From the NCBI GenBank assembly GCA_010093815.1, contig ML996584.1: a stretch of DNA of 64,000 bases. The stretch is one strand, 5' to 3'. Numbering within the stretch: the stretch's first letter is position 1; the number at the start of each line of letters is the position of its first letter. Made by a program: the position numbers and the translations under genes. The DNA comes from Pseudovirgaria hyperparasitica (taxonomy: Eukaryota). Below, one piece after another: positions 1-12,287 of this stretch. The notes beneath the pieces are model-generated. The model saw only the letters and a list, made by a program, of their open reading frames with translations. It was not told the DNA's origin and did not search any database.

Positions 1-383
1 TTCTCAGCATTGCGTCTGCCAGAAGGACTGGAATATACGATCTCGATGTAGTCTAGAACGTCACATTCGTAGAGAGAGCTCTTGATTATGTTGAAGGTGG
101 CGTGGCCTGGAGATACACGCGTAGAGGACAGTAGCTCTGAAGACTGTGGGTTCGTAGAATGATGGACCTGAATAATGGCCGAAACCGCTTGATAATTGCA
201 CCTCTTAATTAGCTGCCCTGGTAGCTATCCATGTGCCACTACCACTCTGCCTATTCCCGCCGCTCAGTGGTAACAGCCGACGTGGGGTCGAAGCACGAGC
301 TCCCGCTGGCCGGCGAATCCATCAAACCATCCATGAATCCATTTTCATCTGATCCGTTGAGTGCATACATAATTAGTTTGTAG

Positions 384-399
384 CCGAGGAAGGCCGAGG
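384..399. promoter_or_regulatory. Tandem CCGAGG motifs (FarA/FarB-type Zn2Cys6 sites) upstream of methylcitrate synthase
   Basis: CCGAGG at 384-389 and 394-399. CCGAGG/CCTCGG is the established Aspergillus FarA/FarB fatty-acid response core. Confidence 0.5.
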
Positions 400-682
400 C
401 CAGCCGCCAGCCGGAGCCGCGCCAAACACAGGCCTTCCCTGCAGCCGACATCATAATTCATCCATTGATGTACTGCTGTAATAGTGCAGGTGCTACTCTT
501 CCGATGGTTAAGCTACCGTAGTCCTGCTCGATTGCTGAACACTGAACATTCCTCCAACCCAGCTTCATAACAGCACCTTCATTGTGCTTGATTGATCTCT
601 TCAACTTCGAACTTTTCTCAGATCGGACCAATTGAAGCTTCCTTCATAGCTCTGTCTGCTGCCCCGCTCCCCCACACTCGTC

Positions 683-2279
683 ATGGCGTTGAACGGTCGT
701 ACAGCTTCGCGTACGCTGCGAACCTTACGGGTAAGCTGCATGCTATCCATCCACCAGCTGGGATAGCTCCAAGGAACTCAGCTGATTTACATGTAGATTT
801 CACAATTGCGTCCCTTTGCTGCTGGTGAGCACCGCTGTACTACCTACCTCAGACAGTTGCCTGACCAGCTCTTCAGTACAAACATGCAGCTACTCATCCT
901 CCTCCGAAGAAACCCTCAAGGACGCACTCAAGCGAGTGATTCCGGAGAAGCGTGAGCTCCTAAAGAAGGTCAAGGCACACTCCGACAAAAAGATTGGCGA
1001 AGTTAAGGTCGAAAACACCTTGGGTGGCATGAGGTAAGCTAGCCAGTGTGCAAGTGGGCGCGAAGCTGCTAAGCTAGGAAACAGGGGTCTAAAGGGAATG
1101 GTTTGGGAGGGATCTGTCCTCGACGCGAATGAGGGTATCCGGTTCCATGGCCGTACTATCAAGGACTGTCAGCAAGAATTGCCCAAGGGCACTTCGGGTA
1201 CTGAGATGCTGCCTGAGTCCATGTTTTGGCTCCTCCTCACTGGAGAAGTGCCTTCCACTTCTCAGGTCCGAGCCTTCTCGAGGGAGCTTGCAGAGAAGGC
1301 ACAGATCCCAGCATTTGTTTCCAAGATGCTCGATGACTTCCCGACGGATCTTCACCCCATGACACAATTCGCTTGTGCTGTCTCGGCCCTGAACTATGAG
1401 TCTAAGTTCGCCAAGGCATACGAGAAGGGTATGAACAAAGCCGACTATTGGGAGCCGACATTCGATGACAGCATCAACCTTCTGGCCAAACTGCCCACAA
1501 TCGCCGCCAAGATCTATCAGAACGCATACCGTGGCGGTGGTGCCCTGCCCAACGAGGTCGATCTCGACCAAGATTGGTCTTATAACTTTGCGGCCATGCT
1601 TGGCAAACCTGGCAAGGAGAACGAAGGTTTCCAGGACCTCCTCCGCCTGTACCTTGCTCTTCATGGGGATCATGAGGGTGGCAATGTCTCCGCACATGCC
1701 ACTCACTTGGTTGGTAGCGCTCTGAGTGACCCATATCTGAGCTACAGTGCTGGCCTTCAAGGTCTCGCTGGTCCTCTACACGGCCTAGCTGCACAGGAGG
1801 TCTTGCGTTTCATCCTACAAATGCAAGAGACTGTAGGAAAGAACTTCACTCATGAAAATGTCAAGGACTACCTGTGGAGTCTTCTCAAGTCTGGCCGTGT
1901 CATTCCAGGCTATGGCCACGCTGTACTCAGAAAACCCGATCCTCGTTTCCAGGCTCTTATTGACTTTGCTGATGCTCGTCCTGAGATCGCAAAGGACCCT
2001 GTATACCAGCTCGTCCGTGCTAACTCAGAAGTTGCTCCCGGCGTGCTCAAGGAACACGGCAAAACGAAGAATCCCTTCCCCAACGTTGATTCCTCCTCCG
2101 GTGTTCTGTTTTACCACTACGGCTTCACAGAAACCCTGTACTATACTGCTACTTTCGGTGTGAGTCGTGGACTGGGACCACTAGCACAACTCGTCTGGGA
2201 TCGTGCGCTTGGCCTCCCTATTGAGCGTCCTAAGAGTATCAACCTCGCGGGCCTTTTGAAAGAAGTTGAGGGGAAATGA
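683..2279 (+). CDS. mcsA: Mitochondrial 2-methylcitrate synthase (citrate synthase family)
   Basis: Exons 683-730, 797-824, 877-1033, 1085-2279 (GT-AG). Arg-rich presequence MALNGRTASRTLRTLR. Motifs DHEGGNVSAH, GYGHAVLR, NVD. WEGSVLD..EGIRFHG, GLAAQEVLR and IERPKSINL match fungal McsA. Confidence 0.9.
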
Positions 2280-2370
2280 TAAGATATAGATATTTAAAAT
2301 GATGTGATCTGGCGTAAGTACATGGATTCTAAATCTGAATATTATTGGGCTTCTACATGTTACCGTCTCA

Positions 2371-4128
2371 TTACTTGAAATAATTTTCATTGCTTTGCTC
2401 AAGTTTCAAGTCTAGTCGTATCCTCGGCATGACTGTACTATTACCGGGCATCGCATACGTGATGTTCCAGAAGTCGAAATCACTGTCAGGTGTTAGCAAG
2501 CTCTCCGTTTCATAGTATTGAGACACACTTAATAGGTTTTCCCGCCCCTCCATTCTCACCATTGAACGATACAGCATACTCAGTCGCTACGCTCCCCGTT
2601 ACCATAATCGCCACCCCGTCCACATCGTCCCAACTTTGCACATTTTGTTCTCTGCCCGCCCCTACCAAAAAGGTAAACCGCGACGAGCTATTCCCTCTTG
2701 GATACGCCAAGTCCATATACGCCTCTCCAACGGTAACAGCCAGCTCCTCGACCTCGGCATACAAGCTCAGCCACCCTACACTCCCGTCGCGGCGCTTCCA
2801 TTGCGCGACCGCTGGATTAAAAGACGCGCTATTCTTCGACGGACCTCCTATTACCTCCTCCGAGAAGGACTCGGCACCGATAGTCAAACTGGCGGACATG
2901 TACGTCGTGATGTTCCGCGGATACACGTCCCACGGCGGCGAGAACGCCGACGTATGCACCGTATGCGTGCCCGGAAACGTCGTCAACGCAGCGATCGTAC
3001 TCTCATTCAAAAGACTGTTGTGATACGGCGCAAGGATCGCAATGAGCGGCGCAATCGCAAAATCCCCTTCGTGGCTCATCACAAACGGCTGCGTAGTACA
3101 TCATTAGCTGCCCATTTTCCCCAAGAAATACAAAGGGAGGGGGGGCGGCAAGATAGAAATAAGATATTACATACCCTCTCCGCAATCGGCGCCCTCTCCT
3201 TGCCCACGATCGTCCAGATATGTAGCGCCAGGATGCTCAGGTATCTGTTCATATCGTACCCATACGTGCGATCCCACGGGCCCGCCACATTACGCAGCTC
3301 CGCATTATACAGACTCGCAATACTCGCCCACGTATACCGAATCATGCGTTCCGCGTTCTGGCCCATCACGCTGTCGACATCCATGTATTTGGCCCAGAGC
3401 GTGAGCGCGAACAGACTCACACCCGCGTACGTGCCGGAGTTGAATTCGCTGAGCGTATTGTCTCTGTTGAACAAGTCGACGATGGATTGTGCTTCGACTT
3501 CGCCCGCGCGCGTCATGTTTGCGTCGCCGGTTCGTCGGCCTGTCCAGCCGGACACGAAGGCGCGCATGATGGCCGGGTTACTGTATGATGGGTAAAGGTT
3601 GTCGTCGTCGACGCCTCCGACACGATAGCTATCACCCACCGTCGCGTTCGTCAAGCTCTCCATCATCAGATCCCGCGTCCGCTCTTCGATCAATTCGGAG
3701 AACTCCTCGAGCATTACGATGAAGGTGGATCCTATGAAACCGCGCCAGTTCGGGTCCCAGGAGCTGTACATCACGGCGGGATACGCATTCGATCCGACGG
3801 GCGGCTCTTCCGGGTATTTCTGATATGTGCCGAACCATTGCTTCGAGGGATCTTTATATTGGCCTGCGATAACAGCGCGAATAATTCTGTTTGCTTGCAA
3901 TGCGTCCGAGGTGTTATTTCGTGCGAGAAGACCAGCGGCGTACCATGCCGAGGAGCGGGTTTCGTGGTTTAGAGCGGTGGCGTAGAGGTATGCGGCTTTC
4001 GGGTCGTAATATGAGTCCATCCAGGTCATTGATTGCGAAAGTAAAGAGACTTCATGGCCGCTTATGTCGGAGGCGAGCGTGAGAACTAGTGTGGGCACAT
4101 ATAACCAGAGGGATGATTTAGCAAACAT
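2371..4128 (-). CDS. Secreted protein of unknown function, probable (alpha/alpha)-barrel enzyme
   Basis: Signal peptide MFAKSSLWLYVPTLVLTLA. Three exons join ORFs 3079-4128, 2510-3082 and 2371-2577 (introns ~3174-3090 and ~2528-2485). Motifs ETRSSAWYA, WDPNWRGF, EFNSGTY; N-glycosylation sequons. Confidence 0.75.
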
Positions 4129-4710
4129 AGTTGAGCAGTAGGATTTTCAGAAGATTCTTTGCGAACATGACGAACGGCATATAGCTAGTACTTAAGCAAG
4201 TCTAAGTGGATCTACCGATGTAACTCTCGTCTATCGTTGAACATAAGGCAATAAGCTCGGCTTTCTGATCTCGGGCTCGGGCCAATGATATATCGAAGCT
4301 TCATTAGTAGATGGGTTCCCCGTACTGGCTGCTACGACATATACATATGATACTTTCTGGCGGTCGAACTCGGCTCTTATACTGTCTCCTCAAGTGCTGC
4401 TATCTCTCATTAGTAGAAGACTTTATCAGTGTAGACAAACCTTGTAAATAACCTAGTCGCCTACGATGCGTGTCAAGATATGGAACGTTCGAGATCATTT
4501 GAAAGGGTTATCAGAATATAATCAAACTAGGTATACCATAGCCTTGACCTAAAACGCCGATAAACAGGGCACTAACCTATGTAACGCATACCCCTAGTCA
4601 AGGTCGAACATGCCAGACAGGCAGAAAATGCCGAAAATTCATTCAAGAGTGCATAGAAACCGCCTTACACGAAATCAAAGAAAGGTTCATACGCCGTTAT
4701 CTCTTAGAGC

Positions 4711-6654
4711 TTAGGCTTCAGGGTAGAATGCAAGAGCTAGAAAAACTCCCACACCGCCTACAAGAGCTGTAGCAGAAAGCCTGGCAGCTGTAGCCACTGC
4801 ACGTTTGACTCGCTGCATTCCTGGTCGCTTGATAGTGCGACTATGGCTTGCCAATGGGAGATCCTCCGGGTTGAATCTCACCTTCTTTGGCTGTCGTTCA
4901 TCTGAGTGATCCAGCCTCCAAACGCCAGCAGACCTGGTGTATTTTTCAGCATACTTATCGAGGGGACTGCCTTGTTCTACAAGCGTCATATCGTCATCTT
5001 GAACAGGAGCTACATCATCTCTAGGATCCACAGGCTCCACAGGATCGATAGACTCGGCCTTCCGCTTTGTCGGTCGAGCGAGCTGCTGCTCATCACTTCG
5101 TTCGACGATGTCATAGATTGAGATGCCAGACTTTTTGACAGTTGGATGCTCTGATGATTCGTTGGTGGAATGAGCCATGTTGTTTCTTGACGATACGAAA
5201 GGTCCCTCGTGATAGTCGTTCAATGGGTAGTCGTACAGGGACCATTGGTTTGGGAAATTATCAGTCCCAGGTCTTGCACTCTGCTCAGCCACCAGAGCCG
5301 ACGGACTGGTTTCAACCCATTTAGCCGTCATAGGTGGGTTTTCCAAGAGTATTTCTGATGCCGGAGCGTTGAGAATCTTCTCAAAAGACATTGACTGAGT
5401 TTGAACTGGCGTAGAAGTCTCCACTGAGCCTGCTATCGGTGGTAAGGGGGCATAGTCGTAGTACCCAATTGAGGATTTCGAGGTGGCCACAGCTTCTTCC
5501 ATACGCCAAGGAGGTGTCTGTGGCTGTACCTGATGAACTGCGCTATTCTTGTCGAGGTCACGCATTATAGCGTCGTTCAATGCTTTGTCTGCGTTGACTT
5601 CGGCTCTCTCCTCTATATCCTGTATGGGCTCTTTCTGCTCTTCCGCAACTTCTCCTAGATTTGCGGAAGACAAATGCCTACCATGATCTGATACGGCCTC
5701 ATCTTCAACAGCCGTCTGCTCGTCGGGAATATCGTGGGGCATGAAACAAGAGACGGCCTCCTCGTCCTCGCTGTCCTCTAGGTCGCTGAAGTTGGCTGAT
5801 AAGCTATATCTGACGGAGCTGGCGGTATCATTATGCGTGTTCTTTCGGTCTTCCTCATCACTTGAAATATAGCCGACCTCTGGATAGGACGCCGTTAGCA
5901 CAACTAATGGATAACGGGGTGAATACCGCTACCTCTAGACTTACCTGATTCAACTATTGACTCACTATCTTCATTCATAGACTCCACTTCTTCTTTCTCA
6001 TCTTCTTCTTCCTCTTCGGATTCGTCCTCTGGAAATCTGAAAGTCCGGGTCTCTTGTGCGGTTGGGTGAAAGGATATGCGGAATTTGCGAGGTGGTATCA
6101 GATCTAGCATGTACTATTAGCCATAATGCGGCAAACTATCCGAGGATGAATGACTCACCACTTCCCCGACGCACTTCACCACTTAGTTGAACGATATCGC
6201 CGCTACTGAGCCTGTAGCTCTGGCTTTCTAAGATCTTCGTGTCATTGACAGCTAGCCCGTGGGTTGCAGCGACGTTGATAATAGTCAAGAATGGGGGCTG
6301 ATATCTATTAGCTTCTGCAACCACATTTCGCGATATACTGACATCTTTCTCGACACTCAGAACTGCGTGACGACGCGAGACAGTTGGACATTCGATCCAG
6401 CTATTGTCGCTTGCAGCCTTGTAGAAGGTGTTGCTTGATGCCTTCGACGACCGACCTATACCAACGCCGTTGATCGAATCCTCGTCATCTTTAGCAAGGA
6501 ACGCCCTTTTATGGGGTTGTACGATGAATCGTCGACTGTGGAACTCGTCTAATCCGTCAATACACTCAAGGGTGACGTCGAAAGCTGATAAGAGGGAATC
6601 AGTATTTGCCGTCACAGAAAGCTTCTAGATCCACATACTGCTTGGTCGTGCCAT
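4711..6654 (-). CDS. FHA-domain protein with acidic disordered middle and C-terminal transmembrane anchor
   Basis: Five exons. FHA motifs GIGRSS, SRRHA, ATHG-LAVND, GDIVQL. Hydrophobic tail LSATALVGGVGVFLALAFY. Confidence 0.75.
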
Positions 6655-7260
6655 AATGATACTTCAAGGCCAGGAAAAGAGAGGGCAGACAAACGAACAG
6701 AAGACTGCCGTGGTTCGATGGCAGGCCTTGAAGTGAGTAGGAGGACAGCCAGTGGCTTTGTCAGGCGCGTGGATACCGTGTCGAGGCTTGGGGTGTGAAA
6801 GAACGGAGGAACACGCCGTTGACGAAGCAAGTCAGTGAAGAGATGAATACAGTGACCTCAAGGTATATAGAAGAGAGGTGTTACCAAGGTCGGGTGAAGC
6901 CCGAAGCAGTGCAACGAGGTGTTGGAGCGGGGTGTTGCCTTGAGGAGACTCGAGCACTTCATTGACGACTGCTTCCGATAAGATAAGGGCTAAGGCTCCA
7001 GCCTTCAGGGAAGCTGCCCCGCACCCGCGCTTACCCTCAATGGCTTAGTTTTCCCGGGCCAATGACTCCACTCCACCTATGCACGCTCCACTCCACCAAG
7101 GTAAAACTTCGTTGATCAATGTTGCGACTCGCAAGCTTCTAAACCGCTATCGAATTGTGAACGCACTACGAGACATAACGCGCCCGAGAACGCGCATTGG
7201 CATCGCGCGACCAAGCTCACATGAATTCTCTCCCCCGGTGACAACGAACCTTCCCCCACA

Positions 7261-10200
7261 ATGCGCGAAGAGGGAATGAAGGGACAGGTCGTTGACCACG
7301 TTCCGAAGCGCATCACCGAGCTTCGGTTTGGTATCTTGTGAGGTCCACTGCTTATTGACATCTGGCCACTGCTGACATGTTGCCCAGGTCCAACAAAGAG
7401 ATTGTCGACCAGTCTGTTGTCGAAGTGTCCGACCGAAATGTATACGACCTAGCTACCGGCGCACAAGCTCGAAAAACCACCGACCATGGGCCTCTTGACT
7501 CACGAATGGGAATATCGAGCAAGACTGCAGTATGTAGCACTTGTAATGAAGAGCTGGCGGCATGCAATGGTCATTTTGGCTACGTTCGCCTGGCTTTACC
7601 TGCATTTCACATTGGGTATTTCAGAAACACCATCGAGGTTCTTCATAGCATTTGTAAAGAGTGTTCTGCAATACTTCTCGAAGAGCATCAACGACGGACA
7701 TTCCTCAAGAGTCTGCGAAGACCAAATCTTGATAACCTCCAAAAGACACAGATTTGCAAAAAAGTCTCTACAGAATGTCGGAAAGTCAAAGAATGCTACA
7801 AGTGCGGCGCGGTCAACGGTTTCGTCCGCAAGGTTCCTGGACACCCATTGAAGATTGTACACTTCAAATACGAAGCTTTCAACAAGTCCACTGCGAAATC
7901 CAAGACCAAGCCAAGGACCATGGTTGACTTCGAGGAATCTTTCAAGAACGCAAAAGAAGGCAACACTGAAATCGAGAAACATATGAGGAAAGCTGTGGAT
8001 GACATGAACCCCTTGAAGGTCTTGAATCTTTTTCGACGTATTATCACCCCTGACTGTGAGCTTTTGGGATTGGACCCAAATGATGGTCGCCCTGAAATGT
8101 TCATCTGGCAGTATGTTCCAGCACCACCCGTAAGCATACGTCCGTCGGTTTCTCAGGAGGCTGCTACGACTGAGGATGATATCACAAACAAGCTAGGAGA
8201 TATAATTCAGGTCAGCTCCTACATCCGTGCAGGGCTCGAGAAGGGTCAACCGGTACAAACAATCATGGAGCAGTGGGACTTTCTTCAGTTGCAGATTGCC
8301 ATGTATATCAATGCCGATGTCCCTGGTCTCCAACAACATGGCTTCAGCAAATCAATGCGTGGATTCTGTCAACGCCTCAAAGGCAAAGGTGGGAGATTTC
8401 GACAGAATCTCTCGGGAAAGCGAGTCGACTTTTCAGGCCGTACTGTCATTGGTCCAGATCCGAATCTTAGTATTGAGGAAGTCGCTGTGCCAGATCGTGT
8501 GGCTAAAAATCTCACCTATCCCGAAAAATGCTCGATTTACAACAAGGAGAAACTGCAAAAATGCATTGAAAGAGGACCCTATAAACATCCTGGAGCGAAC
8601 TATATCAAAAAGCTTAACGGCCGCACGGTTATGCTGAGTATTTTGGCCAAATTCAACAATCTATCAAGAGCTGCTGCGGAGCTAGAAATTGGCGACGTCG
8701 TCGAACGCCATCTCGAGGATGGCGACATTGTGTTATTCAATCGTCAGCCTTCGCTGCATAAACTCAGTATTCTTAGCCATAGAGCCAAGATCCGGCCGTG
8801 GCGGACGTTCCGTCTCAATGAGTGTGTCTGTAACCCATATAACGCTGATTTCGACGGAGATGAGATGAATCTTCATGTTCCACAGACAGAAGAAGCCCGA
8901 GCTGAAGCGATAGAGTTGATGGGAGTGAAGCACAATCTGGCCACTCCAAAGAATGGCACGCCCATCATCGCGGCCATCCAGGACTTCATTACTGGCGCGT
9001 ATCTCCTTAGTCAGAAGGATAATTTATACGACCGAGGCACATTCACTCAAATCTGCGGTTATATGTTCAACGGTGACAGTGTGTTGGATCCAGATACTGG
9101 CAAACGGGTTCCTATTGATATACCTCCTCCTGCAATCTTGAAGCCCCAAAGACTTTGGACAGGAAAACAGGTCTTCAATGTGTTGATGCGTCCAAGCAGG
9201 AGCATGAACGTCCTCGTCAATTTGGAAGCTAAATGCAAACAGTACAAGCCGGACCCCGCTGCCTCGCGACCGGATCTAGTATACGACGATTCGTATCTTG
9301 TGATTCGCAACTCTGTCATTATGAGCGGGATGATGGACAAGGCGACCGTTGGAGATGGCAAGAAGGACTCTGTGTTTTCTGTCATCATGCGAGACTTTGG
9401 CCCAAACCATGCCGTGCAATCAATGAATCGACTTGCAAAACTATCTGCGAGATGGCTCACCAACCAAGGCTTTTCTATCGGAATTAGCGACGTGACACCA
9501 GGTACGGTTCTCAAATCAGGGAAACAGAAACTAGTGCTCGAAGCCTATGCAAAGTGTGACGAGCTCATCCAGATGTTCAAAAACGGAACACTGGAACGTG
9601 ACGCTGGTTGCGATCAGGAGCAGACGATGGAAAACAAGATCGGTGGTATACTCAGTGGTGTCCGTCAGTCGGCTGGTGAGATTTGTTTTCAGGAGCTCAG
9701 TCGGTGGAATTCAGCACTTATCATGGCGAAGAGTGGATCGAAAGGGTCCAACATTAATGTGTCGCAGATGGTGGCCTCTGTTGGACAGCAAATGATCAAC
9801 AACAAGCGCGTCGCTGACGGCTTTCAGGATCGCACATTGCCACATTTTCCCAAAGCCGCCAGACAGCCTGGTTCCAAAGGGTTCGTGAGCAACAGCTTTT
9901 TCTCGGGTCTCACTCCCACCGAATTCATATTCCACGCTATGTCTGGTCGTGAAGGTCTAGTAGATACTGCCGTAAAGACAGCCGAGACTGGGTATATGTC
10001 ACGCAGATTGATGAAGTCTTTGGAGGACTTGTCTGCGCAGTACGATGGAACAGTCCGGAATGGATCTTCGTCAATCATCCAGTTCAAATATGGAGATGAC
10101 AATTTGGACCCAGTGGACATGGAAGGAAATGCTAAACCGGTTAATTTCGAACGAACTTACACACACGCCATTACAACGACTTGGGATGCCGAGGAACGCA

Positions 10201-11903
10201 GCATACCTCCAGAACAGATCGGCTATGAGGTTGAGCGATTGCTGCGGAAGCGGCGATCGCTTTTGCAGCGAGTCCCTCTTCTTGCCAAACCTAGTTCTAC
10301 AGCTCCCGCGGCGCAGGTACAAGAGCCAGAACCGCCCAAGAAGCAAGCCAAGGGGAAGCGTAAAACCAAGAAACAGCTTGCGGAAGAAGAAGAGGCTGCC
10401 CGCGTGTTGAGAAACATTCAGCAAACTTCAACACACCGATCACTTCTAGATTTGTCAGAAGAAGAGCAACGTGCGTTGTCTGCGAAGGACTTCCTTGACA
10501 TGCTAGGCTACAATGACAAGAGCGATGCGGGTATTGACCACCTCGACAGTGAGCGGGATTTCCTCGATACGGTTGAGAGATTCGTGAAGGAGAAAGCAGA
10601 GGCCCTCATTCAACTCAAAAGAGCAAATCCTCGAAAGGCTAGTGCGATCGGGGGGCTTTCATACACATCTCTCAACAGATTCATGGAGCTTTGCCTCGAG
10701 AAGTTCGAGAGGTCAAAGGTACAGCCTGGTCATGCCGTTGGAGCTGTTGGAGCCCAGTCTATTGGAGAACCAGGGACACAGATGACGCTTAAGACTTTCC
10801 ATTTTGCCGGTGTGGCCGGTATGAGTATCACACAGGGTGTCCCACGTATCAAGGAAATCATCAACGCCTCCAAGACGATCAGTACACCTGTTATATCTTG
10901 CGAACTTGCCAACCCCGAATCGGAGTATGCCGCTCGGATCGTGAAAGGACGTATTGAAAAGACGTTCTTGCGGGATATTGTAAGGTACATTGATGATATA
11001 TGGTATGGTGAAGGGTGCTATCTCGGCATGGCAGTTGACTTTGAAACCATCGATAAGCTCCAGTTAGACGTTACTATGACGACTCTATGCGAGGCAATCG
11101 AGAACACCAAATCCTTGAAACTGCCTGCCGGCACACGGGTTAGCGGCGAAGGCAATAAGCTCAAAATCGAGTTCAACGAATCGAACAGTGGCGCCGTCAA
11201 GAGTGCAAAGCGTGGCCGCGCTCCCACCACAAAACTCAAAGAAGGCACCGACTTCTACATGGACCTTCAGCGGATTAAACGCCTCCTTCCAGACGTCATC
11301 ATACAGGGCTACCCGCTGGCTACGCGGGCAATCATCAAAAAGGGCGAGGCCCCGCGGAAAGGCACAACGAACATCTACGACCACCAGCTGCTCGTGGAAG
11401 GCTACGGCTTGCGCGCGTGCATGTGCACTCCAGGTCTCAACGGCACGAAAACAAAGACCAACTCCGTCATCGAAATCAAAGAGGTCCTCGGCATCGAAGC
11501 TGCACGACAGACCATTATCGACGAAATATCAGCCGTCATGGGCAACATGGACATCGACCCGCGACACATGCAGCTGCTGGCCGACGTGATGACGTCCAAG
11601 GGCGACGTGCTCGGCATCACACGCTTCGGACTGGCCAAAATGCGCGATTCGGTGCTGCAGCTGGCCAGTTTCGAGAAGACGCCGGATCATCTGTTTGAGG
11701 CGGCATGGCGCAATAAAAAGGATAAGATTGAGGGTGTTAGTGAGTGTATTATTATGGGCCAGAGCATGCGTATTGGCACGGGCGCGTTCAAGGTCGTGAG
11801 GCCGTTTAATGACATTCCGGAGCAGATGGGCAGGGCTTGTGGGTTTGAGGAGGCGATGAGGTGGATGGGTGAGAGTGCAAAGGCGAGTGGAGTGGTGGTG
11901 TAA
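7261..11903 (+). CDS. RPC1: RNA polymerase III largest subunit
   Basis: Exon 1 (MREEGMKGQVVDHVPKRITELRFGIL), intron 7338-7388. Zn sites C..C...C.GHFG; catalytic YNADFDGDEMN; GKRVDFSGRTVI; TQMTLKTFHFAG; SVLQLASFEKT; no CTD heptads. Confidence 0.97.
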
Positions 11904-12287
11904 ACGAAAAAAAAGGGGAGGATTATGAATATGCATGCATAGCGTAGGCGTTTTGTGTTATGTATATAGGGGCATGGCGAATAAGTGCGTGGGCGATACC
12001 AAGCAGGACGGGTACAATATGATTGAACAGAATAGACAACGTCCATCAATCGAGATGATAACACAGCCCTACTTTCTCGCTGGCACGTGGGTCTGTAATC
12101 CATCCTCCACAGCTGCTCCTAAATTCTAGGCAGCCTCAGCTCTCCACCCTAATGACAGCCCCCACCCACACCTCCCTCAAGGTAGGTACGCACTTTTATC
12201 AATCAAATATCATATCTACCCCTCGCAACTCACACTCACACTCAGAAGCCCCCCTGCCTGTAAATAATATATACATACGTATAAAGA

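Noticed and set aside
2636..3595. 319-aa Arg-rich + strand ORF
   Set aside because: Antisense to the secreted protein; no protein-like features.
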